From the IMG/VR virus record IMGVR_UViG_3300037419_001224: a stretch of DNA of 64,000 bases. The stretch is one strand, 5' to 3'. Positions 43,431 to 52,062 of this stretch are shown here, piece after piece. The notes under the pieces were generated by a model, which saw only the letters and a program-made list of their open reading frames with translations, was not told the DNA's origin and made no database searches. A program made the position numbers and the translations under genes. The DNA is from a virus. How positions within the stretch are numbered: the first letter of the stretch is position 1; each line of letters opens with the position of its first letter.

Positions 43431-44364
43431 GACTTTCCTCTTTCTTGTTTGCGCCCAGCGTCTGGGCAATCCCGCGCCTTCTCGGCGCGTCCATGAACCG
43501 CAATGACTCGCGGTCGTACCACAACTTCACGCGCCCTTCCCAGTCACCGTTGCGCTGCTTGTCCACGATCAGCACGGCGTCCGGGTCCGCATCGCTCACC
43601 GGCTTGCCGGCATCCCGATCGCGCTCCTTTTTCTTGTTCCTCCAGATCAGGATCGCGTTGTCGACCAGATCCGAGATCGCGCCCGTGCCCTTCATGTCCA
43701 TCCGGTTCGGCATCCGCTCGTCCGTTTCCCCCTTGCGGAGGTGATGAACGAAATGGATGTGGATGCCGTAGTCGCGGGCGACGGTGGTCAATGCGTCAAC
43801 AAAATCCTTCTGCCCGTTGTAGTCGTCCTCGCCCCGGACACACTTCATCAGGGAATCGATGACGAAGTGGTTCGCCTTCAGCTTGTCCACGCTGTGCTTG
43901 ACGACCGCGATCAGCCGTTCCCACTTCACCGTGCCCTGCTGGTCGTACAGCCAGATCCGCTGGCCGGCGCTGTTCATGAACCCAGCGACCTTCTCCCTGG
44001 TCGGGCAGGTTTGCCCCGATACCTGGCGCGCAATCCTGGCGAGCGTCCTGGCCGGCTTCATTTCAAAGCTGGCAATGCAGATCCGTTGGCCCTGCTCGGC
44101 GAACCGCGTCATCACCTGGCCCTGCACCATCGACTTCCCGGACCCGTTGAACCCGGCCCACGCGGTCACTTCACCGGGCGCGAAATACATCCAGGCATTG
44201 GCGAACGGCAGCTTCGGATGGTTCGGCGACTCGTGCGCCGGGGCCAGCGCATGCATCACCTGGTCCAGGTATTCCGGTGCCGGCCTGACCCTGGCCGCGT
44301 CATCGGTCTCCTGCAGATACTTGTCGAAGTCGATCTCGTCTTCAGTGAGGATCTGCGTAGGCAC
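43420..44364 (-). CDS. DnaB/RepA-like replicative helicase (RecA-fold ATPase)
   Basis: 314 aa. Walker A GFNGSGKS and Walker B-like HFVIDSL. Confidence 0.65.
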   Translation of the reverse strand: MPTQILTEDEIDFDKYLQETDDAARVRPAPEYLDQVMHALAPAHESPNHPKLPFANAWMYFAPGEVTAWAGFNGSGKSMVQGQVMTRFAEQGQRICIASFEMKPARTLARIARQVSGQTCPTREKVAGFMNSAGQRIWLYDQQGTVKWERLIAVVKHSVDKLKANHFVIDSLMKCVRGEDDYNGQKDFVDALTTVARDYGIHIHFVHHLRKGETDERMPNRMDMKGTGAISDLVDNAILIWRNKKKERDRDAGKPVSDADPDAVLIVDKQRNGDWEGRVKLWYDRESLRFMDAPRRRGIAQTLGANKKEESHEW

Positions 44365-44779
44365 GCCACTCCCCTTGATCGAACACCATCAACTCCCTGG
44401 TATCGTTGATGCAACAGACCACGACCTTTTCCGCGCCGGCTTCCGCGATCTTTTCCGCGATATCGATAACCTCGTCGGTCCAGGCCGCGCCGTGGACGTG
44501 GACCCGGCAACCGATGCAAAAGCGGAAATCATCTGACGGCTTCACGTCGGTCACGACCGGGTAACAGCCGTTTTCCAGCATCTTCTCGGGATCGGGAATG
44601 TGGCTGCCGTTTACGAGAACGGGCCTTCCTGCGTTTTTTCCGACCGGGTCGGTATGTATCCCTTCACCCCCCGAAAAAAATCGCTCAGCGGCCCGATTTT
44701 CAAATCCGACCTCGATAAAGATCGCCCTGGGTTTCTTGCCGCGTCGGCGCACGGCAACAATTTGTTTTTCGCCAACCAT
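44342..44779 (-). CDS. Hypothetical protein
   Basis: Start MVGEKQ with SD GGGAG. 145 aa. Confidence 0.5.
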   Translation of the reverse strand: MVGEKQIVAVRRRGKKPRAIFIEVGFENRAAERFFSGGEGIHTDPVGKNAGRPVLVNGSHIPDPEKMLENGCYPVVTDVKPSDDFRFCIGCRVHVHGAAWTDEVIDIAEKIAEAGAEKVVVCCINDTRELMVFDQGEWRAYADPH

Positions 44780-44780
44780 C

Positions 44781-45479
44781 TCAGCGCTCCCACGGCTTGT
44801 CGGTCGGCGGCGGGCGGCGCGGGGCACTTTCATTTCTGACCCAATTGCGCCACGTTGCTGCCCAATCCATCTTCCTGCCGTTCTGGCCCGCTTTCGCGTG
44901 CCAGTAGTCTGCAAAGCGAGAGGCTGTCTGCAATGGATCAAGGTCGGGACGCTCGTTGCGGCAGAACTCGATGTCTTCAGCGCTCGGTACCCAGTCTTGG
45001 GGTAAGCGCGAAGCGCAGCGTTGAGGTTTTCCGTTTTCGGTGCCTCTACTCAGTCCTTGTTTACTATCAATACTTATTAGTGTCGTCTCCACCGGACGCG
45101 GCTCGGGCGGAAGCGGATAGGACGGAAGCGGTGCGGATTCGACCGCTTCCGGTTGAGGCGGAAGCGGTTCCCCTCCTTCCGACACGAAGTAGTCGAGCGT
45201 CCCCATCGTTCCGTCAGGATTGCGGCCCTGAACGCGTTTCACGTACCCCGCATTGGTCAGCTCGTCGAGCAATGCGTAGGTGCCATCCCTGCCGGTTTTC
45301 TTTGCAGACTCGGAGACTTCACTGGTGAGATCGGCAACACTGACCGCCCAATTGTCCGGCTTGCCAAGCAGGTAAATCAGCATGCCCCGTGCGGCCCACG
45401 ACAGGCGTTTGTCTTCGCTGATCCGTTTGTCAAGAATGTAAAAGTTCATGGTGGGCCGCGCCGTTCTGATGATCGGCAT
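44781..45479 (-). CDS. Replication initiation protein (winged-helix N-domain, DnaT-like C-domain)
   Basis: 232 aa. N-terminal ...LSWAARGMLIYLLGKPDNW...LLDELTNAGYVKR. C-terminal ...FADYWHAKAGQNGRKMDWAATWRNWV. Confidence 0.6.
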   Translation of the reverse strand: MPIIRTARPTMNFYILDKRISEDKRLSWAARGMLIYLLGKPDNWAVSVADLTSEVSESAKKTGRDGTYALLDELTNAGYVKRVQGRNPDGTMGTLDYFVSEGGEPLPPQPEAVESAPLPSYPLPPEPRPVETTLISIDSKQGLSRGTENGKPQRCASRLPQDWVPSAEDIEFCRNERPDLDPLQTASRFADYWHAKAGQNGRKMDWAATWRNWVRNESAPRRPPPTDKPWER

Positions 45480-45737
45480 TTACTTTCCTTCTTTGTAATA
45501 CCCTTCCACTTCATGCACGACGGTGCGCAGCTTGTGGACGTCGAGCGTCTTTGCGTTGGCGACCTTCAACGCGTTGACCATCGCCTTCTTCCAGGCACGC
45601 GCATCCTGGACATAGGCCGAGTTCAGCACCTTGCGTGGCACGACTCTCGATTTCTCGATGATCCAGTCGGCGAGCTGGCGGGCCTCGTGCCGTTCGGCCT
45701 CAATCTGAGCCGGGGATTTCAGTGTTGCGGTATTCAT
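45480..45737 (-). CDS. Hypothetical protein
   Basis: Start MNTATLKS with SD GGAGG. 85 aa. Confidence 0.5.
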   Translation of the reverse strand: MNTATLKSPAQIEAERHEARQLADWIIEKSRVVPRKVLNSAYVQDARAWKKAMVNALKVANAKTLDVHKLRTVVHEVEGYYKEGK

Positions 45738-45945
45738 TTGCCGCCTCCATGAACTTGTCGATATGCGAAGAAAGGTTCTTGTTGGCCTTGCGGGTCGACT
45801 CGAATGGCCCGTTCTTCTTCGTGTTCTTTTTGAGCCGCTCCATGCACGCCTTGCAGCGCAGGCCGTGTCCATCGTCCGAGCCGATCGCGCTGATCTTCTT
45901 GATGTGCAGGCAGGAGCGGCAACGGAAGGTGCCGGGTTCACTCAT
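45700..45945 (-). CDS. Zinc-ribbon protein
   Basis: 81 aa. CRSC...CKAC. Confidence 0.45.
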   Translation of the reverse strand: MSEPGTFRCRSCLHIKKISAIGSDDGHGLRCKACMERLKKNTKKNGPFESTRKANKNLSSHIDKFMEAANEYRNTEIPGSD

Positions 45946-46144
45946 GGCGTCCCTCCTTGGCCTCGGCGCGCTTGCGGTCGTAGTGCGCCATCAGGTTGCG
46001 TCCATACGTGCCGCGTCCGATCCTGCCCTTGCGCTGCCGCTGCTTCTTCTCGGTCGACTGGTCGGCCCAGTAGTGGTCATTGACTCCGGCGACCAGCTCT
46101 GCGGTCCCGCCGATCATCATCAATACGAGTTGTGCTTGATTCAT
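45938..46144 (-). CDS. Hypothetical protein
   Basis: 68-aa ORF. Confidence 0.45.
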   Translation of the reverse strand: MNQAQLVLMMIGGTAELVAGVNDHYWADQSTEKKQRQRKGRIGRGTYGRNLMAHYDRKRAEAKEGRHE

Positions 46145-46440
46145 GCCTGCTTCTCCAGATGGCGAACAACGATTTCCAGCAACTCCAGCTCGGACACGCC
46201 CCAGAACGCGGTGAACTCGTCGCGACCCATCCCATGCACGCCGGTCCTTCCGGTGTGGTGTTCACGGCACAGCGGGATCGTCGCCTCGTGGCCGGAGCGA
46301 CCCCAGCCGTAACGGACGCGGACGTGATGGACTTGTGCTGGCGTTCCAGGCTTGCGCAGGCAGTGGCTGCAAACGATGCAGCCGAGCGCCGCCACACAAG
46401 CCATGTGCTCCTTTTCTTCCTTGGTTGCGGTGCGCTTCAC
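46141..46440 (-). CDS. Ref-like HNH nuclease (recombination enhancement family)
   Basis: CIVC...VHHV...IPLCREHH pattern. Confidence 0.6.
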   Translation of the reverse strand: MKRTATKEEKEHMACVAALGCIVCSHCLRKPGTPAQVHHVRVRYGWGRSGHEATIPLCREHHTGRTGVHGMGRDEFTAFWGVSELELLEIVVRHLEKQA

Positions 46441-46658
46441 TCAAAGATCGTGGCCAGGCGCTTTGTCTGTTTGGCCAGATCGGGGCGCAGCGCCTTGGCG
46501 GGGATGCCACTCAACTTGCTGAGCTCTTCAAGGCGATCCTTCGGAATGAGTTTCCATTGATGAACGGCCTGGTAAGTGATCTTGAATCGCTTGGCGACCG
46601 CGCTGATACCGCCGGCCAACTCGATGGCCTCGATGGTTTTCGGGTCAGTGCTTTTCAT
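46437..46658 (-). CDS. Cro/YdaS-like HTH regulator
   Basis: 73 aa. GGISAVAKRFKITYQAVHQW HTH. First gene of the early-left operon. Confidence 0.65.
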   Translation of the reverse strand: MKSTDPKTIEAIELAGGISAVAKRFKITYQAVHQWKLIPKDRLEELSKLSGIPAKALRPDLAKQTKRLATIFE

Positions 46659-46691
46659 TTATAACCTGCTGCTTGATTTCTCGGTGCGTAT

Positions 46692-46723
46692 ATTAAAGCA
46701 CCACTTGGACATGAATTCAAGCA
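46692..46723 (-). promoter_or_regulatory. Early-left promoter
   Basis: Minus strand reads TTGAAT-N17-TTTAAT with an extended TGc, about 27 nt before the cro-like ATG. The -35 forms the half-site ATTCAAGCA. Confidence 0.6.
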
Positions 46724-46792
46724 ACGCGATTAAAAAAAATGATGCGGTCGGCTTGAAAAGAGGTTGAATGAGTTGAAGAGATGTTAGAGAAT

Positions 46793-46836
46793 TAACTCGC
46801 CTAAGTTAGGCACAAAATGAAACTAACTAATAGTTA
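46793..46836. promoter_or_regulatory. Operator-like palindromes in the immunity region
   Basis: TAACT-CGCCTA-AGTTA at 46793-46808, and a perfect TAACTA-A-TAGTTA at 46824-46836. Confidence 0.45.
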
Positions 46837-46952
46837 AATGCTAACGGGAAGCAGACGAGGCGAAGATGGTTAAGAAGTTGGTTGTTTAACCTAGATAAAT
46901 GCAAAATACGACGAACCACCAGTTAATATCCAGGGAGAACGAAGGACGGACT

Positions 46953-47414
46953 ATGACGAAGATATCCAATGGAGAAGGCGCGAAGGTTGTCGTCAACAGA
47001 GAGAGATTCGAGGCCAAACTCGCGGAGCTCAAGTTGAAGCAGACGCAACTGGCGACCGATCTCGGGGTGAGCAACAACGCCGTGTCGAACTGGAAGAAAG
47101 GCGAACCAATCGGCCTGACGAACGCGATGAAGCTGGCGAAGCGCCTTCGCACAACGGTCGAATGGCTAACGGCCAAGGCACCAGCAACGGAAGACGGACG
47201 CGCTGACGCCGTCAATGAAGACGTGCATGATTCCTATGTTGTGAGCGAAGACAGTAGCAGCCTGTGGTTGATCCATCTCAGTGGCGAGGAGTTGGACATC
47301 ATCAACACATACCGCAAGGCGTCCGACCTCAACAAGGAAATGGTCAGGCACATCATCACGTCGATAAAGATGCGGACCAAGGAAGAAGGGGGCGATCCAA
47401 TCCCTATCCGATAG
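46953..47414 (+). CDS. XRE-family HTH repressor candidate
   Basis: Start MTKISNGEG with AAGGA upstream. HTH KQTQLATDLGVSNNAVSNWKKG. No S24 peptidase motif seen. Confidence 0.65.
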   Translation: MTKISNGEGAKVVVNRERFEAKLAELKLKQTQLATDLGVSNNAVSNWKKGEPIGLTNAMKLAKRLRTTVEWLTAKAPATEDGRADAVNEDVHDSYVVSEDSSSLWLIHLSGEELDIINTYRKASDLNKEMVRHIITSIKMRTKEEGGDPIPIR

Positions 47415-47415
47415 A

Positions 47416-47622
47416 CTACTTCGCCTTGGCGCGGGACTTCGCTCGAAGGTCCAATCGTCGCCCGCCCGAAGCGATCAGCCTGACGTGAGAGGCTGCTCGC
47501 TTCTGGTACTTTCGCGCCATCGCAGTGGTGAGGTATTTCACATGGAATTTCTCTTCCGCGCTAAGCACCAGATATGCTTCCACGAGCTCCATTACATCAG
47601 GGGCAAGGCTTTGGACCTGCAT
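47416..47622 (-). CDS. Small basic protein convergent with the repressor gene
   Basis: 68 aa with a strong SD (AAGGAGGG). Confidence 0.55.
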   Translation of the reverse strand: MQVQSLAPDVMELVEAYLVLSAEEKFHVKYLTTAMARKYQKRAASHVRLIASGGRRLDLRAKSRAKAK

Positions 47623-47794
47623 GATAGTCCCTCCTTTTCTTTACCTGTATAAAACCACAGTAGTCCTGGAATTGTAAACTGTCTTTTTGTGAACTACTAT
47701 CCGTCACAATATGACATAAAAGTAGTCGCCGCTGTGGCTATTTACAATCCGATACACGCGCCTACAGGTACATCCTAAAATTTTTTCTCCCCAT

Positions 47795-47837
47795 TTTCAA
47801 GTAATGCTTGATCTTTTCTTCCATCCTGTGCTTTAAT
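47795..47837 (+). promoter_or_regulatory. Early-right promoter with overlapping palindrome
   Basis: TTTCAAGTAATGCTTGATC (palindrome family) contains the -35 TTGATC. An 18-nt spacer leads to TGcTTTAAT at 47829-47837. First ATG at 47885. Confidence 0.6.
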
Positions 47838-47884
47838 AATTCCGTAGCGCTTGATTTCGCGCAAGCAGAATCTGAGGCACAGAG

Positions 47885-48142
47885 ATGAGCGAGGAACATC
47901 AGGAGCCGACCGGCTCCATGGATCTTACCCTTTCGGCGATGTACAAGGCGATCAGCGACAGGATCGTTGCACTTCCCGAAGACGAGCAGAAAAAGATTCA
48001 CGACATTCGCCAGGCGCTGCGAGGCGTCATGAAGGATACCGGTGACGCGGGCAAGGTGGCGTATGTCCTTTTCCAACTGGAGTTTGATCTCGGTGCGTTG
48101 CCGTACGGCGATCACTTCAACGACGTGCCAGAGATTAGATGA
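47885..48142 (+). CDS. Hypothetical early protein
   Basis: 85-aa ORF. Confidence 0.55.
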   Translation: MSEEHQEPTGSMDLTLSAMYKAISDRIVALPEDEQKKIHDIRQALRGVMKDTGDAGKVAYVLFQLEFDLGALPYGDHFNDVPEIR

Positions 48143-48363
48143 TGCGACTCGCTGAATTGATTCCGCATAGCTGGCGAAGCAGGATCGCCAACTTGTTTCA
48201 CGACGTCAAGGTGAAAGCATTGGAGCTTCGGATCGCGGACCTGTATGAGGAGCGCGAACTGCTGATCGCCGACATCGACAAGGATCGGCAACGCCTGATC
48301 AACATCCAGAACCGCATCGTGGAGGCCGAGCGCGACCTGTACGACCTGACTTGGAGAAAGTGA
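48139..48363 (+). CDS. Coiled-coil early protein
   Basis: 74-aa ORF. Confidence 0.5.
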   Translation: MMRLAELIPHSWRSRIANLFHDVKVKALELRIADLYEERELLIADIDKDRQRLINIQNRIVEAERDLYDLTWRK

Positions 48364-48815
48364 TGAATGAACTGCCATTGATGGCATCGGCGACGTACGG
48401 CAGTACGTCTTTAGCGCCTGACGCATTCGATGAACTCGTTCGGCAATTGAACCCGAAACCGACGACCTTCGGGATGACCAACGCAGAGCATATCCGTCAG
48501 ATTCAACAACCAGCACTTGCCATCAAGGAGCAAAGCATGACCGCACGCATCGTGAAAGTGTATATCGCCGATCCGAACGAGAACCTCCCGCTCGACAAGC
48601 GGGTGCTGCACTCGGGAGAGGAAAAGCTGACCGATCTCACCGACCAGGAGCTGTTCTTCGAGGTGCCGATCAACGAGCTGCTCACGAAGCACAACGAATT
48701 CCGCAAGACGGTTATCGACAAGAAGCAGGCCGAGAAGTTTGGCCGCGACATCTATCTGGAGCCAGCGCGCATCCGCGACCTGAAGATGGTCGTGGTGAAC
48801 GTGGCCCAGTTCTGA
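48363..48815 (+). CDS. Conserved phage hypothetical protein
   Basis: Start MNELPLM (TGATG overlap). The C-terminal half is a motif I recall from many phages. Confidence 0.55.
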   Translation: MNELPLMASATYGSTSLAPDAFDELVRQLNPKPTTFGMTNAEHIRQIQQPALAIKEQSMTARIVKVYIADPNENLPLDKRVLHSGEEKLTDLTDQELFFEVPINELLTKHNEFRKTVIDKKQAEKFGRDIYLEPARIRDLKMVVVNVAQF

Positions 48816-48825
48816 GGGGCCGGTG

Positions 48826-48981
48826 ATGGATCTGAAGTTCGACGTGCAACGCCCGACAAGGCATGGCTGGAAAGAACTGAAGGCGATGCACAAGGGCATC
48901 ACCAAGGGTTCGTGGAAAGCGACCAGGAAAGCGATCAGGCGCGAGCTCGTGAGGGCCAGGAATTTTGCGAGGGGCGAATGA
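48826..48981 (+). CDS. 51-aa basic protein
   Basis: Hand-translated MDLKFDVQRPTRHGWKELKAMHKG... Its stop overlaps the next start as ATGA. Confidence 0.35.
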   Translation: MDLKFDVQRPTRHGWKELKAMHKGITKGSWKATRKAIRRELVRARNFARGE

Positions 48982-49340
48982 ACCAGAAACCGAAGCGACT
49001 GCTGCTGGAAGCGCTGCGCAGCGGCAAATACAAGCAAACCATGGGAATGATGCACCGACAGGACGGGGCCAACGTCGATTACTTCTGCGCGCTCGGCGTG
49101 GCGTGCGATGTGTACGCGAAAGAGCATGCGATGAAGTGGGACGTTTCCCCGACAGGAACATGCACTTTGCACGGCAACATGACGTCACTTCCTGCCGCCG
49201 TGCTGAAGTGGTACGGCTGGGACTATGCGCTCGGCCCCTCGCTCTTCATCGATGGTGAAGGCCACTCGATCTCCAGGCACAACGATTTGCGTGGCGTCAC
49301 GTTTGAGCAGTTCGCGGATGCGATCGAGGAGCAGCTATGA
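48978..49340 (+). CDS. Conserved phage hypothetical protein (LLEALRSGKYKQ...CALGVAC type)
   Basis: 120 aa from the internal ATG. Confidence 0.5.
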   Translation: MNQKPKRLLLEALRSGKYKQTMGMMHRQDGANVDYFCALGVACDVYAKEHAMKWDVSPTGTCTLHGNMTSLPAAVLKWYGWDYALGPSLFIDGEGHSISRHNDLRGVTFEQFADAIEEQL

Positions 49341-49870
49341 ACGTGTGGGAAAAGCTGCAGACGGCGCGCATGAAGCTGCATGCGATGAACCTGAAGAAGA
49401 GTGGCTGGAATGACTACAGCAAGTACGCGTATTACGAGCTGGGAGACTTCCTGCCGCAGACGCTGACGCTGTTCGCCGAGCTGAAACTGATCGGCACCGT
49501 GTCGTTCGGTCGCGACGATTCGAAGCTGACGATCACCAACTACGAGAAGCCTGAAGAGCAGATCGTGGTCATGTCGCCGACCGGCAGCGCATCGCTCAAG
49601 GCGGCGCACGAGATCCAGAACATCGGCGCGGTGCAGACATACCTTCGCCGCTATCTGTGGATGGCTGCGATGGAGCTGGTCGAGCACGATGCCGTGGATG
49701 CGTCTCCCGGCCCTGGTGCCAAACCGACCTGGGTAGCGAAGATGAAGGGCGCGCAGACGCTGGAAGAGCTGCAGCAGATATTCGGCGAAGCGTACAAGGC
49801 AACTGACGGCGACGAGCGCAAGGAAGTGAAGAAGCAGTACGACGAACTGAAGTCTGCGTTCGCAACGTGA
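49337..49870 (+). CDS. erf: ERF-family single-strand annealing protein
   Basis: 177 aa. N-terminal ...KKSGWNDYSKYAYYELGDFLPQ pattern. Followed by an exonuclease gene. Confidence 0.6.
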   Translation: MNVWEKLQTARMKLHAMNLKKSGWNDYSKYAYYELGDFLPQTLTLFAELKLIGTVSFGRDDSKLTITNYEKPEEQIVVMSPTGSASLKAAHEIQNIGAVQTYLRRYLWMAAMELVEHDAVDASPGPGAKPTWVAKMKGAQTLEELQQIFGEAYKATDGDERKEVKKQYDELKSAFAT

Positions 49871-50508
49871 CGCGGCTGTTCGAGGTCGTCAACGTCGAAC
49901 AAGGATCAGAGGAATGGTTTCAGGTCCGGGCTGGCCGGGTGACCGGTGGCGAAGCTGCCGCCGTCATGGCAGGCAAGGACACGGCAACGAGAAAGGATTA
50001 CCGGCTGAAGCTGGCGGTCGAGCGGATGACCGGCAAGCCGGAGATTGACGACTACAGCAACCGGTATATGCGGCATGGGCAGGAAACGGAGCCCATGGCC
50101 AGACTGGCTGTCGAGATGAGGATGAAGGTGCTGGTACGGGAAACCGGGTTCCTGCGGCATACGAGCTTGCTGATCGGCGCGTCTCTCGATGGAGATATCG
50201 ATGATTTCGCAAAGACAATTGAAATTAAATGTCCGAAGCCTACGACGCATGTGGATTACCTGCAAGCGGGCAGGTTGCCTGCAGTCTATCGGTGGCAAGT
50301 GGTCCATGGGCTCCTGGTCAGTGGTGCGCAGAGCTGCATTTTCGCGTCGTACTGCCCTGGCCTTCCTGACGGCTTACAGCTCTTCTGCATCGAGGTCCAC
50401 GCGAAAGATCTCCCGCTCGAAGAGTATGAGACTGCGCTGAAGGCGTTTCTCAAGGAAGTCGATGACACGCATGAACAACTGCTGCGTCTGAGGAAGAAGC
50501 ATGAGTAA
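49867..50508 (+). CDS. YqaJ-type viral recombinase exonuclease
   Basis: QGSEEWFQVRAGRVTG ... SLDG ... EIKCP, a PD-(D/E)xK layout. Confidence 0.7.
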   Translation: MTRLFEVVNVEQGSEEWFQVRAGRVTGGEAAAVMAGKDTATRKDYRLKLAVERMTGKPEIDDYSNRYMRHGQETEPMARLAVEMRMKVLVRETGFLRHTSLLIGASLDGDIDDFAKTIEIKCPKPTTHVDYLQAGRLPAVYRWQVVHGLLVSGAQSCIFASYCPGLPDGLQLFCIEVHAKDLPLEEYETALKAFLKEVDDTHEQLLRLRKKHE

Positions 50509-50683
50509 GGTGGAAAAGGCAAGTGAACTGGAATGGCTGCGATGGTTCTACGAGCACGCGGAACTCAACGTGGGCAAAGGGCTGACACGCGAGGACGAGG
50601 TCCACATTCTGAAGGAAGTTTTCTGCGACCAGACTGGTAAAGCGCTGCCGGATGGATATCGAATTGATGACGAGGTGATCTAG
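50501..50683 (+). CDS. Hypothetical protein
   Basis: 60-aa ORF. Confidence 0.45.
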   Translation: MSKVEKASELEWLRWFYEHAELNVGKGLTREDEVHILKEVFCDQTGKALPDGYRIDDEVI

Positions 50684-50820
50684 TGATTGATGCAAACGTA
50701 GTCGGGATGCATATGGTCTTCGCCGGAATCATTCTTGGAATAGCGGGGTCTGCCTCCGACGTTCTTTTTGCCATCGGCATAGCAGCGATAACCGTTGGTT
50801 TTGCGCTCATTACTTTCTGA
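50683..50820 (+). CDS. 45-aa membrane peptide
   Basis: GTG start overlapping the upstream stop. Two hydrophobic segments. Confidence 0.3.
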   Translation: MIDANVVGMHMVFAGIILGIAGSASDVLFAIGIAAITVGFALITF

Positions 50821-50837
50821 TTGTCATAGGTGAATAA

Positions 50838-51290
50838 ATGGCTGGAGTAAATAAAGCAATCATCGTCGGGAATGTCGGGAAAGACCCGGAGATTCGGAAC
50901 GCGAAAGACAGTATCGTCGCCAGCTTCTCCGTCGCGACGAGCGAGAAGTACAAGGGCGAGGAGCGTACCGAGTGGCATCGGATGGTCGCGTTCGGCAAGG
51001 TGGCCGAGATCGTCGAGCAGTACGTCACCAAGGGCACCCAGGTTTACATCGAGGGCAAGATCCAGACGCGCAAGTGGGAAGACAACGACGGCATCGAGCG
51101 CTACACCACCGAGATCGTGGTGAACAGCCTGCAACTGCTTGGTCGCCGCGACAGCAACGAACGCAGCGAGGGACGCGGCCAGGCGCAGCCCAGCCAGAAC
51201 AGCAATCGTCGGCGCGATGACCGCAGCAGCCAAGAGCGTCGCCCCGCGCCAAGATTCGATGACATGGACGACGACAGCATTCCATTCTGA
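50838..51290 (+). CDS. ssb: Single-stranded DNA-binding protein
   Basis: OB-fold N-terminus ([14 protein letters not shown]...TEWHR), Gly/Gln/Arg linker and acidic tail DDDSIPF. Confidence 0.9.
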   Translation: MAGVNKAIIVGNVGKDPEIRNAKDSIVASFSVATSEKYKGEERTEWHRMVAFGKVAEIVEQYVTKGTQVYIEGKIQTRKWEDNDGIERYTTEIVVNSLQLLGRRDSNERSEGRGQAQPSQNSNRRRDDRSSQERRPAPRFDDMDDDSIPF

Positions 51291-51299
51291 GGTGATGCC

Positions 51300-51632
51300 A
51301 TGGCCACTGAACGAGATGGTGAATTGTTGAAGCAGGAAGGGATCGCCAGGACGATCGAGAAGGAGCGCGAGGAATGGATCGCTCTGTATCACAGGGAGTT
51401 CTCCTTCTTCCTTCAGGAACAAGGAGACAGGCCGTTCCTCTGCGGTGACTTCCATGAATGGTTCCATGCGCGGGGCAACCCAGCCTCGCACCATCCGAAC
51501 ATGTGGGGCGCACTGTGGCATGGCCTCGCAACGAGCGGCGTGATTCGGCAGACCGGCGTTTATCGAAAGGCCACGAGAGCACTGTCCCACGCCCGCGTGT
51601 GCGCGGAGTGGGTGCGCAATGGTCGCGATTAA
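51300..51632 (+). CDS. Hypothetical protein
   Basis: 110-aa ORF. Confidence 0.5.
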   Translation: MATERDGELLKQEGIARTIEKEREEWIALYHREFSFFLQEQGDRPFLCGDFHEWFHARGNPASHHPNMWGALWHGLATSGVIRQTGVYRKATRALSHARVCAEWVRNGRD

Positions 51633-51656
51633 AACATTAACGGACGGGAGGTTCTC

Positions 51657-51935
51657 ATGGAACTTGGCAAATCGCTTGATGTGCCGGAGTGTCAGTGCCC
51701 GAGCTGCGGCAAGCAACTCAACAGGGTGACTGGCGTCGATGCCAGCGAAGCGCCGAAGCCGGAAGACATCACGATCTGCGCTGGCTGCGCTGCGGTGCTG
51801 AAGTTCGATGACCAGATGAAGGTGGTCGCGTTGTCTCAGGAAGAGATGCTCGCGCTGCCGACCGTTATGAAAGCGGAGATACGGTTTGCGCAGAGTGTGG
51901 TCAGGGACATGCACGCAGGGAAGAGGCTGAACTGA
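51657..51935 (+). CDS. Zinc-ribbon protein
   Basis: CQCPSCG...CAGC. Confidence 0.5.
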   Translation: MELGKSLDVPECQCPSCGKQLNRVTGVDASEAPKPEDITICAGCAAVLKFDDQMKVVALSQEEMLALPTVMKAEIRFAQSVVRDMHAGKRLN

Positions 51936-52058
51936 ATGATCACGCTTGAGTATTGGCTGTTCTTGGCATGGTCGTTGGCATGCTTTGCGTTTGGCGGATT
52001 CTTCTCGCTCTGCATGCTGAAGAGGTGGATCGTGAAGAGGATTCGCAGATTCGGATGA
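51936..52058 (+). CDS. 40-aa single-TM peptide
   Basis: Hand-translated MITLEYWLFLAWSLACFAFGGFFSLCMLKRWIVKRIRRFG. Confidence 0.35.
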   Translation: MITLEYWLFLAWSLACFAFGGFFSLCMLKRWIVKRIRRFG

Positions 52059-52062
52059 GGTC

